Below are positions 1 to 9,348 of a stretch of 64,000 nucleotides of DNA, piece by piece. Under the pieces are notes generated by a model. It was not told where the DNA came from, did not search any database, and saw only the letters and a list, made by a program, of their open reading frames with translations. How positions within the stretch are numbered: the stretch's first letter is position 1; each line of letters starts with the position of its first letter. The translations under genes were made by a program, and so were the position numbers. Source of the stretch: an uncultured Chloroflexia bacterium (GTDB lineage Bacteria; Chloroflexota; Limnocylindria; QHBO01); the NCBI GenBank assembly GCA_963695195.1, contig CAVOGE010000007.1:408494-472493 (forward strand). Direction: 5' to 3'.

Positions 1-412
1 TCGCGCGCACCTGGTTGTTCCGCGGATCGTGGGTCAACTCGGCCAGCCCCAGCGCCTCGAGGAGCGGTGGCAGATACATCCCGAAGCGGCCGCGGTACCC
101 CTTGCGAAGGCCGTACCAGCCACCAACCGGATTCGTCTCCGACCGACCCCACGCTTCGACGGTGCCATCCGCGGCGGCTTTCTGTTCATCGGCTGCGCCC
201 AGCGGCATCCAGTCGCCGTGGGCCTTGAGCATGGCATGCAGGTCCTCGATGCAGCGCAGGTGGTACCTCAGCTGCGTCGAGCCCACCTGGCAGACGAGCG
301 CCGGCGGATCGGCCGTCTCGTCGCGCCACATCTGGTACTCCGACGTACCCGGCGCGGTCTTCAGATTCCAGGGATTGTCACGGGTGCCCTCACCCGCGGT
401 TGCGTTGGCCAT
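1..412 (-). CDS. hypothetical protein, 3' end truncated by window edge (begins MANATAGEGTRDNPWNLKTAPGTSEYQMWRDE...)
   Basis: Minus-strand frame stays open from the ATG at 412 to the window start. It is absent from the ORF track because it has no stop. Amino-acid composition is balanced, unlike the Arg/Pro-rich + strand shadow ORFs 15..608 and 29..601. Confidence 0.45.
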   Translation of the reverse strand, partial: MANATAGEGTRDNPWNLKTAPGTSEYQMWRDETADPPALVCQVGSTQLRYHLRCIEDLHAMLKAHGDWMPLGAADEQKAAADGTVEAWGRSETNPVGGWYGLRKGYRGRFGMYLPPLLEALGLAELTHDPRNNQVRA

Positions 413-486
413 CGGCCTGCCCTCCGCTGCTTTCCAGGACGTTGTCGCTGCCCACCCATTGGCACCCGGGATGCGCTGCGCGCCCC

Positions 487-924
487 TCAGACGACGGCAA
501 CGATACCGCAGCAGACGGAGACGGCGAGTGAGACCGGGGCCCAGAGCCGCTCGCGCGGTGACCGAGAGATGGCATTTGCCACGGTGCCGAGCACGAAGTA
601 GCCCGTGACGACCCAGATCGCAGCTCCCAGCAGCGAGGCCGGAAGCGGTGTGGCGGCGATGAGTCGGGCCGCGGCGAGAACGACCCACGCGAGCGCGACC
701 AGCAGGAGCGCCGAAACCCCGCTCGCGATGCGCAGTCTGACCGGCAGCCTCCCCTTACGCCCTCCGCCCCACGCCGCCTCACCCCATGGAGCCCCCAACA
801 GCAGCGCGATCTGGAACAGCACCACGATGCCGATCAGCAAGGCAGCGAGCACGGCGGCAATCTCCACCCCAGGAGTGTAGGTCCGAACCAGCGCGTGTGT
901 ACTGGGATATAGTTGCGCGAACAA
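487..924 (-). CDS. small integral membrane protein (4 predicted TM helices), unknown function
   Basis: 145-aa ORF with hydrophobic helices (LLIGIVVLFQIALLLGAPW, LLLVALAWVVLAAARLI, AAIWVVTGYFVLGTV) and a coherent composition. Confidence 0.5.
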   Translation of the reverse strand: MFAQLYPSTHALVRTYTPGVEIAAVLAALLIGIVVLFQIALLLGAPWGEAAWGGGRKGRLPVRLRIASGVSALLLVALAWVVLAAARLIAATPLPASLLGAAIWVVTGYFVLGTVANAISRSPRERLWAPVSLAVSVCCGIVAVV

Positions 925-948
925 TCATCAAGGGATCACGGGAGTGAC

Positions 949-1407
949 ATGCCCACCCAGTACGTCGAAACCAAGCCAGCAGCCCAGCCTGAGTCCGAGT
1001 GGGAGAAGGCGACACGGATCATGACCGAAGAGATCCGCGAACACGGCCACCCGCTCACAGGCTGGTTCGCCGGCGGGCAGGTGCTGCTGCTCAACACCGT
1101 CGGCGCCAGGTCCGGCACGGCAAGGATGGCTCCCCTCGCCTACACGCGCGACGGGGACCGATACGTCGTGACCGCGTCGAAGGGTGGGGCTCCGACCCAT
1201 CCAGGCTGGTATCACAACCTCGTTGCGAACCCGATTGCCACGATCGAGGTGGACCGCGAGGAGTTCCAGGCCCGCGCGAGCGTGGCCGGGGGTGGCGAGC
1301 GGCAGCGGCTATGGGATCAGCACGTTGCGGTCCACACCGGAATCGGCGATTACCCCAGGAAGACGACACGGATCATCCCGGTCGTCGTCCTTGAGCGGGT
1401 TGCCTGA
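949..1407 (+). CDS. nitroreductase-family deazaflavin (F420)-dependent oxidoreductase (DUF385/PPOX-like)
   Basis: Motifs GWFAGGQVLLLNTVGARSG, YVVTASKGGAPTHPGWYHNLVANP and ERQRLWD are typical of the actinobacterial F420H2-dependent reductase family. Start taken at the internal Met (MPTQYVETK). Confidence 0.8.
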   Translation: MPTQYVETKPAAQPESEWEKATRIMTEEIREHGHPLTGWFAGGQVLLLNTVGARSGTARMAPLAYTRDGDRYVVTASKGGAPTHPGWYHNLVANPIATIEVDREEFQARASVAGGGERQRLWDQHVAVHTGIGDYPRKTTRIIPVVVLERVA

Positions 1408-1453
1408 CGTTGCACATCAGCACGGACCGTGGTAGCTCCAACGGCTGATCTGC

Positions 1454-1826
1454 CTAGCGGCGGCCCGCCTCGAGATCGGCAAGCCGGGCACTGACCAGCG
1501 CCTCGACGAACGCGGCAGGGAGCGGCTTCTCAGGCGTGAAGTGGACGCTCCCCTTGGTGCGATCGAAGCCCTTCAGGGCCTCGGCATGTGCCTCCAGGAC
1601 GGAGCCGCTCAGCGGATAGAGGCTGCAATGCTCCTTCCAGCCGGCAAACGAGACGAGCAGGCGGCCTCGGACCTTGAAGGTGGGCATGCCGTAGCTGATC
1701 GTCTCAACCGCGTCCGGGGCCAATAACCGGATCTGCGTGCGCAACTTCTGGAGCGCGTCACGCTGGCTGACCGGCAGGGTCGCGAGGTAGGCGTCGATCG
1801 GTGCGTCGCTGGTCACGGTGGCCAAG
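1454..1826 (-). CDS. DUF1801 (YdhG-like) domain protein
   Basis: Only the 3' third of ORF 1454..2536 looks protein-like (DAYLATLPVSQRDALQKLRTQIRLLAPDAVETISYGMPTFKV...). The rest of that ORF is antisense to the next gene. Proposed TTG start at 1826 has GAGG 8 nt upstream. Confidence 0.65.
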
Positions 1827-1847
1827 AATACCTCGGCAGGTCCCCGG

Positions 1848-2681
1848 TCAGGCACCGGGATCGTCAACGCCTGCGAAGGCGCCGTCGATCTCGGGGAATG
1901 GGATCCCTCGGGCGAGTCCGGCGAACGTGCCGCGCTCGGCGATCTCCGTGGCGGCCTCGACGAATGCGCCCCAGGCCACCCGCGCGAGTCCCCCGCCCAC
2001 GCTGATTCGGCGGACGCCCAGGTCGGCGAGGGCCGCGACGGTGGTGAAGTCGCTGCCAACAAGGGCATTGACGGGCTTTGGGGCGACCGCGCTGACCACG
2101 GCTGCAATCTCATCGAGGGTCCCCAGGCGCGGTGCGTAGAGGCAATCGGCGCCGACGTCGGCATACGCCCGCAACCGACGGATCGTCTCGGCGAGGTCGG
2201 GGCGACCGACCACGAATCCCTCCGATCGCCCGGTGAGCAGCACCTGACCACCGTGGTCGTCGATCGCCTTCCTGGCGGCCCGGATTCGCGCGACGGACAA
2301 GTCGAAGTCGAGCAGCGGCTCCGATGGGTCACCGCTCGAATCCTCGATCGACAGCCCGGCGATGCCGGTCTCGATCGCCCGCGCCACGTTTGCGGCGACG
2401 CCGTCCGGCTGGACCGCGAAGCCACCCTCGAAGTCGGCATTGACGGGGACATCCACCGATCCAGCAACCACGCGCAGGTGCTCGAGCGCCTCGTCAAGGG
2501 TGACGTGGTTGTCGGACTTGCCCAGCGTCCACGCAAACCCCGAACTGGTGGTCGCCAGGGCCTTGAAGCCCATGCCAGCGAGGAGCCGGGCGCTGCCCGC
2601 GTCCCACGGGTTCGGGATCACGAAGCAGCCAGCCTGATGGAGAGTTCGGAACGTGTCGGTGAGGGGGGTCGGTGCCTGCAT
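1848..2681 (-). CDS. isocitrate lyase/PEP mutase family protein (2-methylisocitrate lyase / carboxyvinyl-carboxyphosphonate phosphorylmutase-like)
   Basis: 277-aa ORF with GCFVIPNPWDAGSARLL, ATTSSGFAW and GLSIEDSSGD motifs of the ICL/PEPM superfamily. Confidence 0.85.
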   Translation of the reverse strand: MQAPTPLTDTFRTLHQAGCFVIPNPWDAGSARLLAGMGFKALATTSSGFAWTLGKSDNHVTLDEALEHLRVVAGSVDVPVNADFEGGFAVQPDGVAANVARAIETGIAGLSIEDSSGDPSEPLLDFDLSVARIRAARKAIDDHGGQVLLTGRSEGFVVGRPDLAETIRRLRAYADVGADCLYAPRLGTLDEIAAVVSAVAPKPVNALVGSDFTTVAALADLGVRRISVGGGLARVAWGAFVEAATEIAERGTFAGLARGIPFPEIDGAFAGVDDPGA

Positions 2682-2944
2682 GGATGGAGGATACCGTTAA
2701 GCACCTCTGGCGGGTGCTCGGTCCAAGGTGGGCCGTCGACGACAGCGAGCTGGTGTGGATCCTGCCCACCGCGACCGATTGGCGTACTGTGGCGAGTGGA
2801 CAAGCAGTCGCTTGGAGGGACCTCGAGGGCCGTTCGTGTTGACCTGAACATCTCTCTGGACGGCTTCGTGACAAGGACCGACCCGACGTCCGAAGACATA
2901 GCCGAGCGCGGCCGAGAGTGCCCAACCACCACAAGGAGTCGGAG

Positions 2945-3607
2945 ATGGCAACGCTGATCGTCGGAACGTTCCTCAGCCTCGACGGCGTCATGCAGGGCCC
3001 AGGTGGTCCGGATGAGGACCCGAACGAAGGGTTCGCGCTCGGCGGCTGGTCCGTCGGCTACTGGGACGAGGCCATGGGGTCGCTCATTACCAAGTGGACC
3101 CAGCAGGCCGCAGCGCTTCTCCTCGGCCGGACCACCTACGAGATCTTCGCGGCGCATTGGCCGAATGTTCCCGAGGACGACCCGGTTGGCAGGGTGCTGA
3201 ACCGGATCCCGAAATACGTCGCCTCCGCGACGTTGCAGGATCTCACCTGGAACAACTCGACCCTCCTCGCCACCCCGATCCCGACCGCTGTCGCCGCTCT
3301 GAAGGAGGAGTGGAGCGGCGAGATCCAGGTCCACGGCAGCGGCCGGCTGTTGCAGACGCTGATCGAGAACGATCTCGTCGATGAGTACCGCATCTGGACG
3401 TTCCCGGTCCTGCTCGGCAGCGGCAAGCGGCTGTTCGGGTCGGGCACGATCCCCGCCGGACTCCAGCTGATCGACAGCCGGTCGTCTTCAACTGGCGTCG
3501 TCATCGGCCGCTACCGCCGCGCTGGCGAGATCCTCGCTGGCTCGTTCGAGGTCGACGAGCGGGGCGGCGTCGAGGCCCTGTGGGCGAGCGACGACAAGGG
3601 TGATTGA
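2945..3607 (+). CDS. dihydrofolate reductase family protein (RibD C-terminal domain, YwjB-like)
   Basis: [21 protein letters not shown]...[18 protein letters not shown] is the hallmark of the DHFR-like/RibD_C family. Start moved to the Met after an RBS-like GGAG. Confidence 0.8.
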   Translation: MATLIVGTFLSLDGVMQGPGGPDEDPNEGFALGGWSVGYWDEAMGSLITKWTQQAAALLLGRTTYEIFAAHWPNVPEDDPVGRVLNRIPKYVASATLQDLTWNNSTLLATPIPTAVAALKEEWSGEIQVHGSGRLLQTLIENDLVDEYRIWTFPVLLGSGKRLFGSGTIPAGLQLIDSRSSSTGVVIGRYRRAGEILAGSFEVDERGGVEALWASDDKGD

Positions 3608-3774
3608 TCGGAGAGGCCGACGGTCAGGCCGAGGCTGGATGGCTCCATCTCGAAGGACCGCGGACGCTCGAGGTGTGCCGGCCGACTACACCGTACCCTG
3701 ACCGCCGCGGCGAAGGCGCGGAATTGGGACGCGGCCTTCGGGGCCGCCGTCGTCCGCGTGGACGAAGGTCAGTC

Positions 3775-3851
3775 TGGTCGGGGCGAGAGGATTTGAACCT
3801 CCGGCCTCATCGTCCCGAACGATGCGCGCTACCTGGCTGCGCCACGCCCCG
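3775..3851 (-). tRNA. tRNA-Pro (anticodon CGG)
   Basis: Reverse complement folds as a cloverleaf. Acceptor CGGGGCG/CGCCCCG, D-stem GCGC, anticodon stem CATCG/CGATG with loop TTCGGGA (anticodon CGG), T-arm GGAGG-TTCAAAT-CCTCT, 3' ACCA. Confidence 0.85.
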
Positions 3852-3910
3852 ACCGGCCATCACGAGGGGATGGGAGCCGAAGTCTACCAGCCGACCGTAC
3901 ACTGCGCCGC

Positions 3911-5077
3911 ATGGCCCGCTTTGAGGGGACCGATCGGCGCCTGATCGGCCTCACCCTGCTCGTGAAGCTGGGCGTCCTTATGGCCGGTGCACTGGCGTAC
4001 GCCATCTTCACCAACGGCACCATCGCCGGGCCGCACGGGGCGCTGGAGCTTTGGAACCGCTGGGACGCGCCGCATTACCTCGACCTGGTCGTCTTCGGGT
4101 ATCGGGCGGCCGATGCCGGCGACCTGGTGGGCCCGAACGGGTATCGGTCCATCTACCCCGGTGACCTTCCGTTGTACATCGTCTTCTTCCCGCTCTTCCC
4201 GTGGATCTCCACGCTCGTCAATGCCGCCGTCTATGACCCGCTGGTGAGCGCGTTCGCGGTCGCCACCGTGGCTTCCGTCTTCGTGGCGCCGCTGCTGTAC
4301 CGGCTGGTGCGGCACGACGAGGGTCCCGCCGTGGCGATGCGCTCGGCATGGTTCCTGCTCATCTTCCCGACCGCCTACTTCCTGCATATCCCCTACACCG
4401 AGGCGCTCTTCATGGCGCTCGTGCTCGGCTCCTTCCTGGCGGCACGGACGGAGCGGTGGTGGCTGGCCGGCCTCCTCGGGGGGCTCGCCGCCATGACACG
4501 GGTCAACGGCCTGATCCTCATCCCGGCCCTGGCTGCCGAGGCTGTCTGGCAGTGGCTCCAGCGTCCGCCGGAGGAGCGGCGGATCCGTCCGGAATGGCTG
4601 GCGATCGGGCTGGTCGGGGTCGGGTTCGGCGTCTACCTGGGACTCAACCAGGTCGTCTACGGTGACCCGCTCACCTTCATGCGCGTCCAGAACGAGCACT
4701 GGTTCAAGTCACTCGCCCCGCCGTGGCACGGGATCGCGTCGGTCTGGGGCTGGGTCTCGAACGAGAACCTCGATTACGCCCTGATGATCGGTTGGATGGA
4801 GCTCCTCTTCATCGGCATCGGCCTGGCTGGGACGATGCATGCCGCCTTCCGGTTGCGGCCGTCGATGTTCGCCTGGATGGCCGGCAACTGGGTCCTCTTC
4901 GTCTCCACCTCGTTCGTGGTGAGTGTGCCGCGCTACTCGCTGACCTTGTTCCCGCTCTTCGTCTCGATGGCGATGCTCGCCGAGCGCCGATGGGTACTGA
5001 TCTCCCTCTCTGGGGTCAGCCTGGCCGCGATGGCCTACTTCGCCGGCCGCTTCGCCAACGGAGTCTGGGCGTTCTGA
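3911..5077 (+). CDS. GT-C fold membrane glycosyltransferase (PIG-V / DUF2029-like mannosyltransferase family)
   Basis: 388 aa, about 10 TM helices. An aromatic-rich loop follows TM1 ([12 protein letters not shown]), as in polyprenyl-phosphate-sugar-dependent GT-C enzymes. Family assignment rests on architecture and memory of homologs. Confidence 0.6.
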   Translation: MARFEGTDRRLIGLTLLVKLGVLMAGALAYAIFTNGTIAGPHGALELWNRWDAPHYLDLVVFGYRAADAGDLVGPNGYRSIYPGDLPLYIVFFPLFPWISTLVNAAVYDPLVSAFAVATVASVFVAPLLYRLVRHDEGPAVAMRSAWFLLIFPTAYFLHIPYTEALFMALVLGSFLAARTERWWLAGLLGGLAAMTRVNGLILIPALAAEAVWQWLQRPPEERRIRPEWLAIGLVGVGFGVYLGLNQVVYGDPLTFMRVQNEHWFKSLAPPWHGIASVWGWVSNENLDYALMIGWMELLFIGIGLAGTMHAAFRLRPSMFAWMAGNWVLFVSTSFVVSVPRYSLTLFPLFVSMAMLAERRWVLISLSGVSLAAMAYFAGRFANGVWAF

Positions 5078-5706
5078 TGCGCGGACCCATGCGCGTGCTG
5101 GCTGTCGCCTCGACCCTTGGCCTGCTCTTGGTCGCGTGCGCACCGGCGGGCAGCGGTTCGCGCATTGGGCTCGGAACCGATGGCGGCGGGATCGCCTGGG
5201 GCGATGGCGACTACGGCGTCGTGCTGATCCACGACACCGGCACCGATGCGGCTGCCTGGGACGCGGTCGCCGTCACGATGGCCGAGCAGGGGATGACCGC
5301 GCTTGCGCCGGATGGGACCGACGCCGCCGCCGTGCGAGCGGCCATCGGCTACCTGCGGGATGAGCGTGGCCTTGAGCGCGTTGCGTTGGTCGCAGCGGGG
5401 AGTGGTGGGGCTGCGGCGCTGGTCGTCGGCCGGGAGTCACCCGATCTGGTCGATCAGCTGATCCTCATCTCCGTGCGGGGCGACGCCGCGACCGTGGCCG
5501 AGCTGGGCGACTTCCCAAAACTGTTCGCCGCCTCGTCAGGAGAGGCTGCCGCGGCTGCGGCAGAGGCGATGACCGGCGCCGCGCCGGGCCTGTGGAACGC
5601 CCTCTTCCTGGCCCCGGGATCGGCGAGCGGGCACGCGATCTTCGACTCGGATGGCGGGGACGAGCTCCTGGATGCGGTCCTCCGTCGGCTCGACGAGCGG
5701 CGCTAG
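5077..5706 (+). CDS. secreted alpha/beta-hydrolase-fold lipoprotein
   Basis: ATGA overlap with the upstream gene. Signal peptide and lipobox (LLLVACAPAG). VVLIHDTGTDAAAW and LVAAGSGGAAAL are hydrolase-like elements. Confidence 0.5.
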   Translation: MRGPMRVLAVASTLGLLLVACAPAGSGSRIGLGTDGGGIAWGDGDYGVVLIHDTGTDAAAWDAVAVTMAEQGMTALAPDGTDAAAVRAAIGYLRDERGLERVALVAAGSGGAAALVVGRESPDLVDQLILISVRGDAATVAELGDFPKLFAASSGEAAAAAAEAMTGAAPGLWNALFLAPGSASGHAIFDSDGGDELLDAVLRRLDERR

Positions 5707-5729
5707 CGGGGCTCATCGGCGCCGACCGC

Positions 5730-5850
5730 CACGGGGTGGCTACAACGGCCACCTTTGGGCTGAGCTTGGTCCCTGGACGGCCGATTGGCCACCCGAGGGC
5801 TCCCCGTGGCCACGCAGAGCGGTCATCTTGGCCGTTGTAGCCACCCCGTG
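5730..5850. repeat. perfect 22-bp inverted repeat pair (5730-5751 / 5829-5850) flanking a 77-bp spacer; MITE-like or structured regulatory element
   Basis: CACGGGGTGGCTACAACGGCCA is exactly reverse-complemented by TGGCCGTTGTAGCCACCCCGTG. An inner GGCCAC...GTGGCC hairpin lies in the spacer. Confidence 0.6.
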
Positions 5851-6033
5851 ATTGCGGGCTCGGGGCCACGCCGGGTTGCGTCCACCTCCGACCGGGACGC
5901 TCGACATCGTGATCGGCGGGCAAACGAAAGCCCCGGAGGAACCGCGGCGACCGTTGATGTGATCTCCAGTCGGCCAGCTGCCCCTCCGGGACGAGAGAAG
6001 CATGCCGCGCGGGGGATGCGGCCACAAGAGTGG

Positions 6034-6073
6034 TTATCCACAATCGATTGGACCGATCCCCGAGTTATCCACA
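6034..6073 (+). promoter_or_regulatory. two direct GTTATCCACA boxes (DnaA-box consensus TTATCCACA) 31 bp apart upstream of the cupredoxin gene
   Basis: Exact 9-mer TTATCCACA at 6034-6042 and 6065-6073. An AT-rich 10-mer recurring exactly in a 70% GC background is unlikely by chance. Confidence 0.35.
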
Positions 6074-6144
6074 GGGAATCCGCAGGCGTGCAGCCGCGCG
6101 CTCCACTGCTAGCATCCGCACGGCTGACAGGAAGGAGCCGAGGC

Positions 6145-6666
6145 ATGAGACAGGAAGGTCAGTTCACTCGCACCACGGGACGCCATGCCATTGCGGTCGG
6201 CGTCCTGCTTGCCGCCTCGTTGGTGCTGGCGGTGGCAGCCGGTCCGGCCCGCGCCGCCGATGCGGAGTGGGTGGACATCGTCGACTTCGCTTTCAGCCCC
6301 GCAACGATCACCATCAGCGTTGGCGACACGGTCACCTGGACGAATCGCGACAGCGTGGAGCACACCGCGACGGGCGCGGCCGGCGCGCCACAGCCCTTCG
6401 ACACCGGACTGCTTGGGACCGATCGGGGCGGGTCCGTCACCTTCACGGCTCCGGGCCGGTACGACTACTTCTGCGCCCCGCACCCGACAATGACGGGGAC
6501 CGTCGTGGTCGAACCGGCCGGGGCAGTACAGGTGCCAAACGCGGCATTGCCGCAGCCCCCTGGCGCCGGCGGAGCCGGTACCTACCGTGGGGTCGGCGTG
6601 CTGCTCGTGCTGACGCTGGTTGCGGCGGGGACCGTGGCTGTCCGACGCAGAGGTCGCGCCGGCTAG
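6145..6666 (+). CDS. cupredoxin (plastocyanin/pseudoazurin-like type-1 blue copper protein) with C-terminal membrane anchor
   Basis: GAAGGAG RBS before the ATG at 6145. Signal peptide present. Type-1 copper ligand pattern VEHTATG...YDYFCAPHPTMTG (His, Cys, His, Met). Hydrophobic C-terminal tail. Confidence 0.85.
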   Translation: MRQEGQFTRTTGRHAIAVGVLLAASLVLAVAAGPARAADAEWVDIVDFAFSPATITISVGDTVTWTNRDSVEHTATGAAGAPQPFDTGLLGTDRGGSVTFTAPGRYDYFCAPHPTMTGTVVVEPAGAVQVPNAALPQPPGAGGAGTYRGVGVLLVLTLVAAGTVAVRRRGRAG

Positions 6667-6667
6667 C

Positions 6668-8296
6668 TCACGCGCCCAGCGACCGAGCCTGCAGGGCGCA
6701 CAGCGCCTCGACCGCGTCGGGCGTTGGTAGCGGGATGCTGCCGGCAAGGTGCCCGTCGGGGCGGATCAGGAAGGCGCGGGGTCCGGCCGCCCCGTAGGCG
6801 CGCCGGATCTCGCCGTGCGGGTCGGTGAGCACGGTGACGCCGGCCAGGGCGCCGCTCGCGCCCAGCACCGCCACCCGGCAGCCGGCCGACCACGACAGTC
6901 GGGATGCTCGGACCGCCGCATGTGCTGCCGCCTGCTGATCGTCGAGGACGAGAAGCCCCACGAAGCCGGCCCCGAACAGGTCGCGCAGGCGACTGACCGG
7001 TGTCTCCCCGCTGAGGGCGCCGCACCGGGCGTCGGGCGCCACCGCCCCGTGGACCGGAAGGCGAGCGTCATCCCCCCGACCGGCCACGATCGGCGAGGCG
7101 GCGTAACTGAACGGCTCCGCCAGGTGCCCCGAATTGACCCTGCGTCGCAGGCGCTTCGTGCGCACGCTCCCGCGCAGGATGGCGTTGCGCATCGCCCGCG
7201 CGATCGGCCCGCGCGGGACCATGAAACGCATCGTGGCGTCGGTGACGGCCAGGTTCTCCAGTGCCGCGGCGCGTCGCTCGGCCCCGTAGCTGTCCAGCAG
7301 CGCATCGGGCGCCCGGCCGGCGACCACGGCGGCCAGTTTCCAGGCGAGATTCTCGGCGTCGTCCGCCCCCGAGTTGAGACCGCGCGCGCCGAACGGGCTC
7401 ACCTGGTGGGCGGCGTCGCCCGCCAGGAAGACCCGGCCGATCCGGAATCGGTCAACCAGGCGCTGGTGGAATCGGTACGCGGTCGCCCAGACCAGCTCGT
7501 ACTCGGTGGTCGGACCGATCACCCTGCGGATTCGGCGATCGAGCCTGCCGCTGGACCGCTCGGCGTCAAGATCGGTCCCGGAGGGGACCTGCCAGTCGAT
7601 CCGCCAGACATCATCGGGCTGGGGATGGATGAGGACCTGGCGACCGGGGTTCCACGGCGGGTCGAAGAAGAAGCGCCGCTCGCGCGGGAAGGGCAGCTTG
7701 GCGCGGATGTCGCAAATCAGGAACAGGTCGGGGTGCGAGTGCCCGGGGAACCCCATCCCGAGCAGGTGACGGACCGATGAATGGGCGCCATCGGTACCCA
7801 CCAGGTAGCCGACCCGCAGCGAGGCCGGGCCGTGCGGTGCGTCGCACGCCACCGTGACGCCATCGGGATCCTGGGTGACGGCGGTGACGCGGTGGCCCCA
7901 GCGCAGGTCAATGCTGGGGAGCTCACCCAGCCGCGCGAGGAGCATCGCCTCGACCTCGGTCTGGTTGATGTTGACGAACGGCGGGAAGTGCTCGTCGCCC
8001 GCCCCGGGAAGCCGGATGGCGAACAGCTCGCGGTTGCGGAAGTAGGTCCGCCCCACGTCCCACTGCACCCCGCGCTCCGCGACCGCCTCCCCCACCCCCA
8101 GGCGGGCCCATGTCTCGAGCGTCTCGCGCTGCATGCAGAGCGCCTTGCTCCCCTCGCCGGTGTGGTGCGGATGCTGCTCGAGCAGGACGACCGATACACC
8201 CTGCTGCGCCAGCCGTCCGGCGAGCGTCATCCCGACCGGGCCAGCGCCGACCACTCCCACCTGGGCGTCTACGTCGCTCTGCGTTCCCGCGGGCAC
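6668..8296 (-). CDS. FAD-dependent aromatic-ring monooxygenase (PheA/TfdB/MhpA family)
   Basis: N-terminal GVVGAGPVGMTLAGRLAQQG dinucleotide-binding motif. GTDGAHSSVR and GRVFLAGDAAHQVSPFGARGLNSGADDAENLAWKL motifs. C-terminal thioredoxin-like domain. 542 aa. Confidence 0.9.
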   Translation of the reverse strand: MPAGTQSDVDAQVGVVGAGPVGMTLAGRLAQQGVSVVLLEQHPHHTGEGSKALCMQRETLETWARLGVGEAVAERGVQWDVGRTYFRNRELFAIRLPGAGDEHFPPFVNINQTEVEAMLLARLGELPSIDLRWGHRVTAVTQDPDGVTVACDAPHGPASLRVGYLVGTDGAHSSVRHLLGMGFPGHSHPDLFLICDIRAKLPFPRERRFFFDPPWNPGRQVLIHPQPDDVWRIDWQVPSGTDLDAERSSGRLDRRIRRVIGPTTEYELVWATAYRFHQRLVDRFRIGRVFLAGDAAHQVSPFGARGLNSGADDAENLAWKLAAVVAGRAPDALLDSYGAERRAAALENLAVTDATMRFMVPRGPIARAMRNAILRGSVRTKRLRRRVNSGHLAEPFSYAASPIVAGRGDDARLPVHGAVAPDARCGALSGETPVSRLRDLFGAGFVGLLVLDDQQAAAHAAVRASRLSWSAGCRVAVLGASGALAGVTVLTDPHGEIRRAYGAAGPRAFLIRPDGHLAGSIPLPTPDAVEALCALQARSLGA

Positions 8297-8320
8297 GCTC
8301 CGATGATAGGCGCTAGGCCG

Positions 8321-9280
8321 TCAGCTGGCCGTCAGCTGGTCCCAGACCTCGCGGTCGCGCTCCACCGTCCAGATCCGCGGGTGGTCGATACCGTCGAGTT
8401 CATCCCACGCCCGCTGCACATTGAACGGCATGGTGTGCTCGAAGATCGGGAAGCGGCCGTACCTCGCTTCGAGCGCTTCGCGGGTGGACCGATACGCCTG
8501 GGCCGGCGTGCCGCCGCCATCCTTCACGGCCCGAGTGCCGTCCAGGACGGCCGAGAGGAAGGCGCGGGTGTCCTCGATGGCCCGCTTGACGGCCGATGCT
8601 CCCCGGACAACCGGGCCGCGGCCACCGACGAGCTGCTTGGCGCCGAGCGCAGCCACGGCGTCGAGGGTGGTGCTGCGCCACTCCCCGATGTGCGCGTCAC
8701 CCATGTAGGGAGCCGCCTGGGCCTCGACAAGATCCCCGGCGAAGCAGATGCGCTCGTCGGGCAGCCAGACCACGATGTCGCCGGCCGTGTGGCCCCGCCC
8801 CAGGTACCGCAGTTCGACCGCGCGGCCACCCACCTCCATCGCCAGCACGTCGGTGAAGGTGTGCGTCGGACGCGTCAGGCCGGGGATCGTCTCGGCGCCG
8901 GCAAAGAGGCGTGGCATCCGCGCCGCCTCGCTGGCCCAGTCCTCGTTTCCTCGCTCCTCGATCCATGCGGCGGTGTTGGCGTGGGCGATGATCTTGGGCG
9001 CGTTGAAGGCCGCCGCGCCCAGCACGCGCACGGCGTGGTAGTGGGTCAGCACCAGGTCGCGGAACGGGAGGTCGGTGAAGGTCCGGATCACGTCGATCCA
9101 GCGCTGCGCCATCACCGGCGTGGCGCGCGCCTCGATGGCGAGCAACGCATCGGTCCCGACAATGCACCCGACGTTGGGGTCACCCTGCGCGGTGTAAGCG
9201 TAGACGCCCTCCGCCAACTTCTCGAGGGTGGCCGCCTTTTCCTGGAGATCCGCGGATGAGGCGAAGGGCTTGCTGCTCAC
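8321..9280 (-). CDS. MBL-fold metallo-hydrolase family protein (degenerate HxHxDH motif)
   Basis: YLGRGHTAGDIVVWLPDERICFAGDLVE is an MBL-type beta-strand/metal-site region. The first motif is THYHAVR rather than the canonical HxHxDH. GTG start chosen where the protein-like sequence begins; the upstream part of ORF 8321..9607 is Arg/Pro junk. Confidence 0.55.
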   Translation of the reverse strand: MSSKPFASSADLQEKAATLEKLAEGVYAYTAQGDPNVGCIVGTDALLAIEARATPVMAQRWIDVIRTFTDLPFRDLVLTHYHAVRVLGAAAFNAPKIIAHANTAAWIEERGNEDWASEAARMPRLFAGAETIPGLTRPTHTFTDVLAMEVGGRAVELRYLGRGHTAGDIVVWLPDERICFAGDLVEAQAAPYMGDAHIGEWRSTTLDAVAALGAKQLVGGRGPVVRGASAVKRAIEDTRAFLSAVLDGTRAVKDGGGTPAQAYRSTREALEARYGRFPIFEHTMPFNVQRAWDELDGIDHPRIWTVERDREVWDQLTAS

Positions 9281-9348
9281 GTCGTGATGATACGAGTCGG
9301 TAAGTCGTGGATAACGGCGCGATAACGTGCGGTGCCCATGCTGGCGCG

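Noticed and set aside
1454-2536. 360-aa ORF on the minus strand spanning the DUF1801 gene and most of the PEP-mutase gene
   Set aside because: Only the last ~124 codons look like protein (DUF1801). The remainder is Arg/Ser/Pro-rich and lies antisense and out of frame over the well-conserved 1848..2681 gene. This is a typical high-GC shadow ORF.
1818-2957. 379-aa plus-strand ORF antisense to the PEP-mutase gene
   Set aside because: Arg/Gly/Asp-rich low-complexity translation with no recognisable family. It overlaps a strongly supported gene on the other strand.
6034-6073. Chromosomal replication origin (oriC)
   Set aside because: There are only two DnaA-box-like 9-mers. No dnaA, dnaN or AT-rich unwinding region is present. 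The boxes sit in an ordinary promoter region.
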